A DNA stretch of 64,000 nucleotides from Callorhinchus milii. Its lineage: Eukaryota. This document shows, piece by piece, positions 52,090 through 64,000 of the stretch (position 1 is its first letter; each line of letters opens with the position of its first letter). Under the pieces are notes generated by a model. The model saw nothing but the letters and a program-made list of their open reading frames with translations. It had not been told where the DNA came from and did no database searches. Position numbers and translations under genes: made by a program. The stretch lies in NCBI RefSeq assembly GCF_018977255.1, contig NW_024704743.1, forward strand, positions 68,388,001-68,452,000, given 5' to 3'.

Positions 52090-53225
52090 ATTTCTTCCCC
52101 ACATCCAAGCCATGACCCGCTCTGCCTTCCCTCACCTCCGTAACATCACCCGACTCCGTCACTACCCCACCCCCAGGCCACTGAAACTCTTGTTCATGCC
52201 TTCATCACCTCCAGACTCGACTATGCAAATGCCCTTCTTGTCGGTCTTCCCAACTCCTCCCTCCACAGGCTGCAGATAATCCAGAATCGTCTCCCGCACC
52301 AAACTCTGTGACCCCATCTTCCCCATTCTCGCCCGACTCCATTGGCTCCCTATACTTCAGAGGATCCAGTTCAAGATCCAGGTCCTCACCTACAAAGCCC
52401 TCCATGGCCTCACCCCACCCTTCCTCTGTGACCTCCTAACCCCCTACCAACCCACCCATTCCCTCCGCTCAGCTGGCTCCTGCCTGCTCTATGTCCCCCG
52501 ACCCACCCGCCCCACCATTGGCGGGAGAGCCTTCAGCCACTCTGTCCCCAACCTCTGGAATTCCATCCCCCAGTCACTCCGCCTCGCTCCCTCCTTAGCC
52601 TCCTTCAAGTCCTGCCTCAAGACCCTCCTCTTAGACCATGCCATCAGCCACCTTCCCTTCCTCTCCCTTCTCCCCCCCTGACCCCAGCTCGGGTCTGAAA
52701 TGCTATACACTGTCCAGTGCCTTGGGACGTTCTCCCGACATGAAAAGCAAATGTAACCTTGTTTTTGTTGTTGTTATTGTTGTACCCATCCCTTAGAGGA
52801 TCAAGTTCAAAATCTTCATCTTCACTTTCAATGTCCTCCATGGCCTTGTCCCCTCCTACTTCTCCAACCTGCTAATTCCTTATCAACCTGTCCAGTCCCT
52901 CCACTTGGCAGGCCCTGGCCTGCTCCAGGTCCCCCGCCTGGCCCACCTCACCATCAGCAGTCTGGCCTTCAGCCTCTCTGCCCACACCCTCTGGAACTCC
53001 ATCCCATATTCCCTTCGCCTTGCTCCCTCCCTTGTCTCCTTCAAGGCACACCTCAAAACCCTCCTCTTCGACCGTGCCTTCGGCCACCCTCCTACCCTCC
53101 TTCCTCCGTGAACTCGAACACCCCCCCACCCAGCTCAGGTCCTAATCCCTAACTGTTCAGTGCCGTGGGACATCCTCCCAATGTGAAAGGCGCTTTACAA
53201 ATGTAATTTTGTATTGTATTTTGTG
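52090..53225 (+). mobile_element. 3' end of the old L2 followed by a second tandem L2 3' fragment
   Basis: SRLDY and LHWLP remnants; two L2 tails ending at ~52782 and ~53225. Confidence 0.85.
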
Positions 53226-56200
53226 TTGTAATATTTGAACCTCAACAGTATATTTTGGCATGCTATTAAATTAATGCTATTGATTCTACAATACAATTTA
53301 CTGTAATATAGTACCTTTCACCTCAGGAGGACATCTCAAAACACAAAGCTGGTTGTCCATCTGAGCTGGGGCTGGGAGTCAAAGAGAGGGGGGATATCTT
53401 GTGGGGACATCCCAGCCGAGCATGATCCTGAAGCCAGATTTGTAATTTTATACATTGTTAAATATTCTGTACAATAATTTTAATATAGAATATTTTTTTC
53501 CACTGTGTTATATGCTTCAAGGCACTAAGTGAGAATCTCAGAGATGGGTGAAGTTTCAGAGAGATTGCCACTTCTCACAACTATAAAGGCATAAGGCATG
53601 TACCATTGCAGTCTGGTACATCTCTCGTCTGATGTGGAGTTCTATTGAGATGAATGCTTGTGCAGTATATGCAGTTGTAAATATTAGGAATAACAATTTA
53701 TGGATGTCAACCCACATGCTTGGGTAATGTATTGGAAGTTGTACCTCTAGACACTTATAATAGTTTTCTTTTAAATTGGCACTAAACTCTCTTTATTTTA
53801 CTGTAATTCGATTCCTGCACAGCTTCGCTGTGACTTGTATGCCATCAAAAATTGCAGATGCTGAATTACAACAGCATCTTTTACAATTTATTTACAAGTC
53901 CAATACTTAGCTGATTGTTGGTACATCCACACTTGTCAAATACATGAACAAGTTCATACAGTTACCTCAACTGTCATCCCAACTGTGACAGATTCCAGCA
54001 CCTCAATACCCAAACCCTAATATTCAGGTGCTACTTTAAAGTAGTGCTCAGTAACAAAGCTATAAGCACTATTTATATGCTGAAATTTCCCATTGAAATC
54101 AGTATGATAATCCCATTACAGCTTTGATGGAAAAGAAATAAAGCATCCCTTTTCTGCTCCACACATCTGGATATGTGATACATTAAGCTGTAACATGACA
54201 TCAGCTCTTTCGGGCTGTTAACATGTACGAATAACTCATTATGACAGACTAACAATCATCTGTTAGTTGATCACTGTTAAGCTTAACAGCACCTCATTTC
54301 CAAATAATGCCGCAAGGGAGACACACACAGAACACAACAGATGCTTAAAAAATTAGCAGTGTGTTAATATATTTTAACATATAAGTTTAACAGCAAAAGT
54401 TCGTCCACTCTTTGCCCAGCAGATGAGTCTCTCTTGGAAAATTGCAATTGAAATGATTTATCTGCTCACAATGATCACACACCATCTGGACATCGAAGGA
54501 ATGGAAGCCACTGGGTTTCTTGTTGGTACCTGGAATTCTATGTCAGTGTCCTTAATTATTCCCTAAATATCTGGAATATCCACTGTAGGAATAACATTGA
54601 TGCCTCCTCAAGTGCTTCTGCTGTTTCTGACATTTATACTGTAAACATTTGATCATTATATTCCATGGCACAAATATGGTTTAGGCTCACAAGCTTGAAA
54701 TAACCACAACCCAATTTTATTTGGGGCTACAAATGAATGTTTATCATTGGTATCCACTCTGGCCATTTATCCTTCATATTTACAGAAGGATATTGACTTC
54801 ATCCTATCTTATATTTACTTGATGTCTGTGCTGAATCTTGTTGCTTGAGAGGCTACTTTTAGTCAGATTTCCAGACAAATTTCAGGGCAGTCTCTCTGGC
54901 AATAGTCTGAAGTGGTCAAGGCCAAAGGGCTCGTTATGGAAGCTGTTGACTCAAAATAATATTGAGCTAATCATCGTAAACCTTCCTTTTTTGGATTCTG
55001 CAGCAACAATTTTGCTGATTCCCACAACTCAAAATCCCTGCAGAATCACTATTTGCATGCTATTACCAAGTATGCAAACACAGCAGCCAATTTGTGCACA
55101 GCAATGTCCCATAACTTCCATGAAATAATAAAAATAATAACAATGAATGACGAATGGATTGTTGACCAAGACACTAGGACAAAATCATGCCTTGGGAACT
55201 TTGATGTCCATCTGAATAGGCAGAGAGGATCAAAATCTCATCCGAAATTTGGCATCTCCAACAATGCAGTGCACCCTCACACATTTCATTACAGTGACTG
55301 TGAGATTGAAATCCCAACATGGAGCTTGAACTCACAACCTTCTGATTCAGGACCGAGAGTGTTACCAACTTGGGCAAGTTTCCTTACTTCACACGACTAA
55401 TAATAATCCCTCCAAAAACCAAAATGATAATAAATTGGTAATTTTCAATCCATGGCTGTTTGTGGGACACTGCTGTGCGCAATTGGCTGCTGGGTTTTGC
55501 CCACAAATATACAGTCAATTCACTTCACAGCATATTCTGTGAAGCGCTTTGAGACGTCTAGAAGACGTGAAAAGCGCTATATCAAATGCAAGAATTATTA
55601 TTATTACCTGAGCAAGGTTGACACCCAAACAAGCAGATGTGAAGAACTGAAGTGACAGGAAACACCTCTCAATGAAATACAACTGCTGCACAGCTGCTTT
55701 TGGACTGAGGCACAAGTTGAGTAGTTTGCAATGTTTTGAAGTATAGTTGATCCCAAATTTAATCTCAGAAGGCTGCTACAACAGTGCTATTTCATCTCAA
55801 ATGCATTTTAACTTTCAGGCTTAAGGTCACAATAAGCCAGTTTAGTTGCAATGTCAGCAGGAGTGTATGGTGTGTGCTGGCAAATGATCAAATAGGTCTT
55901 AGTTATGAAAGGTCTGTTCTAGAATGTACAAATGCTGCAATGCAGCTGTTGCCTAGCACATAACCAATATGTACTGATGTCTTCGGGGCTTTTGGAGTTG
56001 TACCTTGGGGCAGCTGAATTATTCTCAGTCCAGTCATCTGCTGACTTAATTGTAGATGTGTTTTCTGTTTTTTTAATTACATAAGTTTTACTGGAAAAAG
56101 TCTCTGAAAATATATCAATGAATCACTGAATTGTACAACAGCTCCCATGAGCATGTGCTAGTATTTTCCTCCCATATAAACCAATCTAATCTCACTTGCC

Positions 56201-56829
56201 CGTTCGCTCCGCATCAAAATAATTTTCTTTTAAAACAATCTGCAGGCTCTTCTTCAACTACATTTTGCTGCAGAAAATTCCACATTTCAACCACCCTCTA
56301 TCCTAACATAAGGCACGAACAAGGGTATACATGCATTGACAAGGGTATACATGCATAACAATTAGTCATAGAGTTGGAGGATCCCCAACCCAGAATATAC
56401 TTGGAAGAAATGCCTGGACAGAACAGCTCCAGATAGGTCTGAAGTATGGGTAAATTTCTACAAAAATGATTTGCCCTTTCTCATATTGAAAGACTTGTAA
56501 GCAATCCACATTTAATTTGGTCAACTGGGTGTATGTCACATGCAGAAACACATCCCCATGCTTAAGAGTATCCAAACCAGACCAGGAGTTCTGTGAATCT
56601 CAGCTACTCATGGAAATCCCTGAGTTTCGAATGACATTCACTCTCTTGGGGAGCTTGGGGACCCCAGAGTTGGGCTTTGTTGGAGTTTAACCTTAGTTTA
56701 ACCATTGAAAGCACTGTCGAGCAAGCATCCCACAACTTCTCCAACTAGGATCATCCTACCTGTTTGGACTTTGGCTTGAGGGTTAACAGGAGAGGGTAAA
56801 AAGAATCCCTGCTCCAGTTTGCCCTGAGC

Positions 56830-57305
56830 TAGGCATGTCTGCAATATTGCAGGGCACTGCTGATGACAGCACAGCCAGTCTGGCTCATTGTAAGGACTTG
56901 GAAGGGCAGACCGGTCACTGGGGGCAGGGGCTCATCCCACTCAGCTCCTGTTAACCCTTCAAGCCAAAGCCCTAATGGTACGGTGGTCCTAACTGGACAA
57001 GTAGTGGGAAAGCTTGGTAGACAGCAATATCAATGGCAAGCTATGTGGTTTTAGTTGGTTAGACTCCAGCAGTACCCCAACACACACTCTGGGGCCCCAA
57101 GCCTTGGCTTTTCCCAACCTGCACCTAATATGTTATGGAATTATGTAAGCAGGATGTGCCCCTCCAGGGAGAGAGTGTGCATTGCATTCCAACAATCTAT
57201 CTCTGGGATCTCCATGTGTAGGTGAGTTGCATGGAAACCTCAGCTTGGTTTGGATATTCTTAAGCATGGAGATGGGTTTCCAAATTGTCAGATACTCGGC
57301 TGACC
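56830..57305 (+). repeat. Family X repeat (head-to-head with a minus copy at 56530-56830; another plus copy at 57580-57870)
   Basis: Ends gtcagatactcggctgaccgaaacaaacaaaaaa. Confidence 0.85.
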
Positions 57306-59387
57306 GAAACAAACAAAAAAGAATTAGGAAGCAGCTTTGTACATCATCAGGTTCAAGAAGCTGCTGCTTAAACTCCGCACCTGCAAGAGGTGGAACCACG
57401 CTCATTGGGAATGGAGCTGCAGACAGGGGATGGTTGCAATGCTCTCACACATTTTATGCTGAGCTGATTTGCCCACCAGGAAGCTCGCAGGGAGTTCCTG
57501 GTACCTACTATCTGACCTAGTCAGGGCTCAAGCCCGCACTTGTTGAATGTCAAATAACCATCCTCCTTGGGGTGGAGATAAGCAGCGGGAAAGCTTGGCA
57601 GACAATGCTCTCAATGGCAAGCAATGTGGCATAAGATGGTTAGATTCCAACAGCACCCCAATCCAGTACCAAGCTCTTACCAACCTGCACCTCATACGTT
57701 CCGGAATTAGGTAAGCAGGAAGCGTCCCTCCAGGGAGAGAGAGCGCATTCCATTCCAAAAATCTATCTCTGGAATTGGAATGTGTAGGTGGGATGCATGG
57801 AAATCTCAGTTTGATTTGCATACTCTGAATCATGGAGATGGGTTTCTGCTTGTGTCAGACACTTGGCTGAATAGTGAAAATTAGGTTAAGTTGAGGCCCT
57901 GGAGGAGAATATTGGTTATTTACTAAGAATTGCAGAGAGAAAGTGGCTCCAGTTGGGAAGTATCTCTCACACGTAGGTAATTCCTTTTCTCAGAGAGAGC
58001 GAGAGAGTGAGATGAAGTAGAGTTAAACATTCTATTCTTTTGATTATAGGCTTTGGTTGCTGAGGAATGCCTGTAAGAGGGAGTGACAGCATATGTCCAG
58101 GCAGGTTAGTACAAGGTGAGCTCTGATGCTGACTTAAGAGGCTGCAATTAGGTACTATTGGGTGGGGTCTGGCTCCGACCCAATTTTAAGCAGTACATCT
58201 CTGTCAGAATGATCCACAAGAGCTGCCTCTTCGACCATGCTTTCGATCTCCCTGCTTCCACCCATGCCCCCCACTCTCCCCCACCCTGACCCCCAGCTCG
58301 GATCCGTAACTCTGTCTGTCCAGCTCCTTGGGATGTCCTCCCGACGTGAAAGGTGCTATACAAATGTAATTTTGTTGCTGCTGTTGTTGCCCTGTAAGGA
58401 AATGACTCCAGGGCTTGCCAAAAGCAGTGGCGCTACACTAACATAGGGTCGTCAACACGTGTCGATATCATTCATAGGAAACAATATTCTGAATGCAAAA
58501 CAGAGTGGCCTCTTAATGTTACAGTGTTTGGTAAATCAGCATCAAATGACTGATCATTATTAGAGACAAGGGAACTCCCGATATTCTACATTGGAAGGTT
58601 GGAACTATTTTGCGCCTGGGTGAATTTTGTTAATTTTTCTCTTCCAGTTGTCTCCCTTCCCCTTCTTTCCAATCAGAAAAAGAAATCAACAATAATTTTA
58701 AGTTTACATTTCTTATTCACAAAATCAGGAAGAAGGCGGTATGCAATATTCATTTACTGAAACATAACATGATTAAAAACAACCCTGTATTAAATGTATA
58801 AAGGCATTGACATTGAGAATGAGCACATTTCAATGTAATAAAACAAATATTCATAGATGTTTAGGTAAATAAAGGAGAGATTGAATGTCTAGCTGAAGCT
58901 AATGTTGCTAAAGACAAGATAAAATAGCTTATTGCTGACAATTGCTGGTAATAACCAAGCCTTCTGTTAAGTTATTTTTTCAACAGTATTCAAACGGGAT
59001 AATAAGGATCACAATCTGCCCAAGTTACAATATTTTTTTTCAAAAAATCACATCTGGCCCCAAACTTTTCCATCAAAAATGCATTCATGCTGTTTATAAG
59101 AACTTCATCCTGTTGTTGATGTATTAACTTCAGCTGCAATTCTGCAATATCCAGTCCAATAAGTACTGGGCAGCCTCTGCTGAACCATAGTCCATCAGAC
59201 TGAATCAAACATGAAGCCAACACAAATAGCAGCACATCAAACAATAGCTGTGGAAAAAGTATTGTTATTCCTTTAAGAAAAGGCCCACTCCTAGTGCTCT
59301 GAATCATTTTTAAGTCTGCCAATTCAAGTATTCAGGAGATTATTGCTACCCCATCTTTTTATGGTTTGTCCTTCCAGGACTGTCAAG

Positions 59388-59679
59388 TAATAATAATAAT
59401 AATAATCCTTGCATTTGATATAGCGCTTTTCACATCTTCTAGACGTCCCAAAGCGCTTCACAGAATATACTGTAAAGTGAATTGACTGCATATTTGTGGG
59501 CGAACACGGCAGCCAATTGTGCACAGCAATGTCCCACAAACAATCATGGATTGAAAATGACCAATTTATATTGGTTTTTTTGGAGGGATTATTATTAGGC
59601 GTGTGGAGTAAGGAAACTTGCCCAAGGTTTCGCCCTGCGGAATTAAACTCATGTCTCTCACTTGCTAAGCCAGTGCTCT
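59388..59679 (-). mobile_element. tRNA-derived SINE, short form
   Basis: Reverse complement of the 20686-type SINE with (ATT)n tail. Confidence 0.9.
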
Positions 59680-60449
59680 AACCTTGGAATGTCCTCCTGA
59701 CAAGAAAGGCACTATATGAATGTAAATTTGTGTTGTTGTTGTTAATATGTGTTTGAGTGTGCATCATATGCCCAATGAAGAAGGAACCTATTTTTCTAAA
59801 ATTTTCAATAGAAGTTGGGAGGTAAACTGAAAATGTGCGGATTTGATAACGTGAATAAAAAAAAGGATACACTCAATATTGTTGCATCATTCCAAAAGTC
59901 ATCAGTCTACTTATTGACAACGCTCAGTTCAATGAATGGTGCAGAGTGATTTTCCTCTGAATTAATTCAGTAAGTAGTGTTGCTCAGCACTGAAGCTGAT
60001 TGAGTCCAGGTGTAAGTTCCTTTCAAGTATCCTCATGTGACTTTAGAACCCATTGCAGGAAGTAATACATCTTTTCCCATATGTAATGCAATTGAGTTGT
60101 TGCCAATTCTGGCCTTTGCCTTGCTTATATTGCTGTTGTTATTTTTTTAATGTGTGGCTGTTAAAAATGTTTATCCGCATGATTTACCCCACTACACTCA
60201 TTCAGTCACCTATAAGGAAAAAAATGTTTCCGCCAGTTTGGGAATTGGTGACAAGTCTCCTATATTACCCTGTTTTGTGATGAGAGCTATATAAAAATGC
60301 AAGTTGTTGGTGCTGATAAATGCTTTGATATGCTTTGTTATTTCCAGTCATGTAAATTTATTTTTGTGACAAGGTGCCCTTGTTGTTGCTTCTGTCCAGC
60401 TATTGTCTATTTGTTACCTTGCAATTCATGAAACATAGTTTACTTTGGG

Positions 60450-60883
60450 ATTTATGGCTCAGATGATGGCACTCATGCCACTGAATCAGAATGTTGTGGG
60501 TTCAAGCCCTACATTCTGACTTTGAATTCATAGTCCAGGCCGACACTCTATTACAGTGCTGGGGCAATGCTATATTGTTGAAGCTGCCATCCTTCAGATG
60601 AGAAGTTAAACTAGGGTCCTGTCTACCTGTTCAGGTGAACTTTAAAGATGCCATGGCACTTCTTGAAAGAGAAGGGAGATTCTCCTGCTTTCCTGGCTAA
60701 CAAACCTCCAGACAAGATTGGTCATTCACTTCATGGTTGTTTGTGGGACATTACTGTGTGTAAATTGGCTGCTGCATTTGCCTGCATATAAAAATCATTA
60801 CACTTTACATTAAATCTTGTGAAGGATTTGAGGCATCTCAACAATGTGAGAAGGTGCTATATCAAATGCAAGGATTATTATTA
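60450..60883 (+). mobile_element. Full-length old Deu-domain SINE with tRNA-like head
   Basis: tggctcag...ggttcaagccc head; ccttcagatgagaagttaaa...ttcaggtgaac...ccatggcact Deu body; aaatgcaaggattattatt tail. Confidence 0.85.
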
Positions 60884-60993
60884 TGGCTTGTTCAATCAAG
60901 TTGCATTTTCATCACAATTGTCCAAGCCAAAATTGCAGTGTGGAAATTATGTGTTGTCACAAAATTTGCATAATAGATTTAAAGTATTTAAAG

Positions 60994-61318
60994 TGGAGTC
61001 CTGTAGCTCAGTGGTTAGACCACTCGCTTTGCAAGCGAGAGACCTGAGTTCAATTCCAGGCAGGGCGAAACCTTGGGCAAGTTTCCTTACTCCACACAGA
61101 GCCTAATAATAATCCGTCCAAAACCAAAAACAATAATAAATTGGTCATTTTCAATCTACGACTGTTTGTGGGACATTGCTGTGCGCAATTGGCTGCTGTG
61201 TTCGCCCACAAATATACAGTCAATTCACTTTACAGTGTGTTCTGTGAAGCGCTTTGGGACGTCCTCCCGACGTGAAAAGCACTATATCAAATGCAAGGAT
61301 TATTATTATTATTATTAT
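60994..61318 (+). mobile_element. Young tRNA-derived SINE, short form
   Basis: Intact A/B boxes, 3' hairpin and (ATT)n tail. Confidence 0.95.
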
Positions 61319-61429
61319 AGTATTTGAGTAAATCCTACAAGTTCAAGCACAAGATTGGTCAGGATAAAGAAGGGCTTTCAACCCATTTGATCTCATCCTT
61401 CCAGATTACTCATTGTCTTCCTAATGAGC

Positions 61430-62400
61430 TAACTGCAGGATGAAGATTACTATTGCATTATAGACCTTGATCTTGATCTCCAGCTGAATTTCATGCTGTT
61501 TCCACACTTGAACATTCAGTTGTCGATATGCTGAGCATTCTTTCTTGTTTTGTGTCCTGCTTGATTAATGGATTGTTGCCATTGCACTGCCAAGGTAAGC
61601 AACTTGCTTGACAACTCTCAGCATGGTTCCTTTGATGTAGACCGACAGCTTAGCATAAAGCTGGGATGGAGAGGGCCAACACTTCAGGCTTGGACAGGCT
61701 GGGTAGCTCATAATTTCTGTCCTTTCTAAACATCTGTTGGTACTTGTCCGAAAATCGAATGCTGAGTAATGTGCATTTGTGCAGTCACCAATGAAAAGAA
61801 GCAGTTCGCTCGATCCTGTGATAGGAAAACGTTGGGTATTCTGGAAGGATGAGATCAAATGGGTTGAAAGGCTTTCTTTATCCAAACCAATTTTGTGATC
61901 TTGTGGAGTCCTGTAGCTCAGTGGTTAGAGCACTCGCCTTGCAAGCGAGACACCTTGGTTCAATTCCAGGCAGGACAAAACCTTGGGCAAGTTTCCTTAC
62001 TCCACACACCTAATAATAATCCCTCCAAAATAAAACAATAATAAATTGGTTATTTTCAATCCACAACTGCTTGTGGGACACTGATGTGCGCAATTAGCTG
62101 CCACGGTTTACCCACAAATATACAGTCAATTCACTTTACAGTCTATTCTGTGAAGCGCTTTGAGATGTTGAGAAGACATGAAAAGCGCTATATCAAATGC
62201 AAGGATTATTATTATTTATTATTATTATCTTGTGTTATGTGTAATTGCTTATGACATTTATTTGTTCTCACAACCCTGCAGGGTTGAACAGTTTACCATT
62301 TCTGTAGTCTATGTGCAAGCCCTTTGACATAAACTGATAGGCTGTCTCGCCTGTCATTGCTATGAAGGAGAAGCCTGAAATACAGTGCCAAGTTCTGCAA
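61430..62400 (-). mobile_element. RTE-clade LINE RT remnant, split by insertions at 61840-62230
   Basis: GLHIDYRNGKLFN (cf. G..IRYRTDGKLFN), ELLLFIGDC (cf. ELLFADDC), RTEIM, VAYLGS. Confidence 0.75.
61904..62226 (+). mobile_element. Young tRNA-derived SINE, short form, with TSD
   Basis: Intact head; ATCTTG(TG) duplicated at 61898 and 62227. Confidence 0.93.
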
Positions 62401-62845
62401 CTCCTTTTCACTCTAGAAATGTTAAAACTTTTCTGAGAACAGATATAAAGACACACTTTACCCATGATGCTGTCGTGCAGCTATGTTACAATGTTAATGA
62501 AGTGGCTTTGGCATCTGTGAAGATTCACAATCATTTTCCGAAGGCTACTAAACTGTGTCAAATCCCTTTGTAAGATTTATGAAGACTACACTATGTATAG
62601 GTTCTTGTGATACTCTGACTACCCCATTTGCTATGTCAGAAATAACAATAACATAAAATCCAGTAAGCTTTAGCAAACATTCATTACTTAAAACTCTGCA
62701 ATTAAAGTTTTTCGGAAATTGTCAAAATATAAATTTAACGATAATTTGCAGATCACTCAAAGGCTCAAGAAAATGAACTGTCACAGTGAAGAAGGGTCCT
62801 CCCAGACCCTCGGCAAACAATCCCACAGATAAAACTGGTCATTCG

Positions 62846-63069
62846 CAGGGCTGCAGATTTGTCATGGCAATTTTTAATCAAAAATCACGGAGCAGTCACA
62901 GTAAATTTAATAAAACTCAAGCGTCGCACTTCCCTATTGGCCATCTCTCCCTGTCAAACATCACCCCTCTTTTTTCAATGAACTTTATATAAAATCACAG
63001 ACACAAGTAAAAGTCATGGACATGCAGAAAAATCATGGTATTTTCCAACATGACAAACCTTCAGCCCTT
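62846..63069. mobile_element. hAT-type MITE inserted in a Deu SINE
   Basis: TIRs AGGGCTGCAGATTTGTCATG and CATGACAAACCTTCAGCCCT; 8-bp TSD GTCATTCG/ATCATTCA (6 of 8 match). Removing it restores the SINE sequence aactggtcattcacttca. Confidence 0.75.
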
Positions 63070-64000
63070 ATCATTCACTTCAGAGCTCTTTGAGAGACAT
63101 CATTGCTATGTGCAATTGGCTGCCTCACTTCCCCATAATATATAGTGGATCCTGTGAAGCAATTTGAAACATGTTTCTGACGTGAAAGGCGCAACATCAA
63201 ATGCAAGAAATATCATTATTATTTTAAATGAAATGCAAAACAACTGCTGGTGGAACTACCATTAATAATTATCATAATAATCCTTGCATTTGATATAGTG
63301 CCTTATTATGTCATCCAGATGTCTCAAAGCCCTTCACAGGATAAATTGTAAAATGGATTAACTGTGTATTTTATGGGCAAAATTAAATGTTAGGTCATGG
63401 TGCACAAGAACAGAAAGCATGAACTGAGATAACACCATTCAGTCTATGAAAATTATTTCTTACACAAACCATGAGCAACTTACATGTGTTGGATTTTAGC
63501 AAGAGGAAGCATTTATCTGCATGAAACCTAAACTGTACCTCAGCTGGACTTACCTGCTTCAAACACTGTTCACCAAATGGAAAAGTGTTACATTTGTCAA
63601 CATTCACTCACCTTGATGAACACAAAATCTCACCACTATATAACAATATGGCTTCATATGTTTTATTTCAGATATCCTAATGGTACGTTTGGGATAAAAG
63701 GGATTCAGATCATTGTGCGGTAACTACACAGTACATCAAGTTAACTCTGTTTGATGTTGGCCCTTTTGCCTCGATGTTTAAATTTTGCTGGTTCAATGAC
63801 ATGACCTCATAATTTAGACTAACACTGCAGTGCAGTAGAAGGAGAGTCTGCCTGTTCAGATAGACAATAAAGATTCCATGACAATATTTGAAAAGCAGAG
63901 GGAGTTTCTCCTCTTAATTTGGATGACTTTTCCCTTCCTAACCCAGAAGTGCTCAGGCTAATTATATAACCTCTGCCCTGGCTGAGATCAGCTAACTCAG

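Larger units (their letters stand above)
53600..60209 (-). pseudogene. Decayed tandem Harbinger/HARBI1-like nuclease repeats, with a possible N-terminal Myb/SANT domain
   Basis: Repeated family motifs, all on the minus strand between later insertions: GFHSFDVQMVCD (54509-54474), IPDI*GII..T.I..QVP, ISRCVEQKRDALF, LNVDCLQVFQYEKGQIIFVE..FWVGDP, FVNKK, QYSP, FLMEKFG. Many stops and frameshifts. Confidence 0.65.

Noticed and set aside
56859..56900. Hammerhead ribozyme core (CTGATGA) in family X
   Set aside because: No appropriately placed GAAA or stems, and the motif is not conserved in other copies.

Overview
Eukaryotic, repeat-dense vertebrate genomic DNA. The tRNA/Deu-type SINEs plus L2 and CR1 LINEs suggest a cartilaginous fish, probably a chimaera (inference). 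The only intact gene I can support is a minus-strand RDH11/RDH12-family short-chain dehydrogenase, most like teleost rdh12l. It has five firm coding exons (10914-2532) and a probable 14-nt first coding exon at 15857-15844 beside a CCAAT/ETS promoter; the last exon appears to lie left of the window. The rest is mostly L2, CR1 and RTE LINE pieces, SINEs, MITEs, an unclassified ~570-bp retroposon and a 2.7-kb G-rich compound minisatellite, whose long ORFs are artefacts. Main findings: (1) a decayed minus-strand region at ~53.6-60.2 kb carrying several tandem Harbinger/HARBI1-like nuclease units behind a possible Myb/SANT domain, perhaps a fossil multi-domain Harbinger-derived gene; (2) a ~2.4-3.3 kb inversion between two inverted young L2 copies, supported at both breakpoints; (3) a probable two-gene Harbinger transposon fossil at ~18.9-21.5 kb. 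All protein similarities were judged by eye from remembered family motifs and need HMM/tBLASTn confirmation. Repeat boundaries are approximate.
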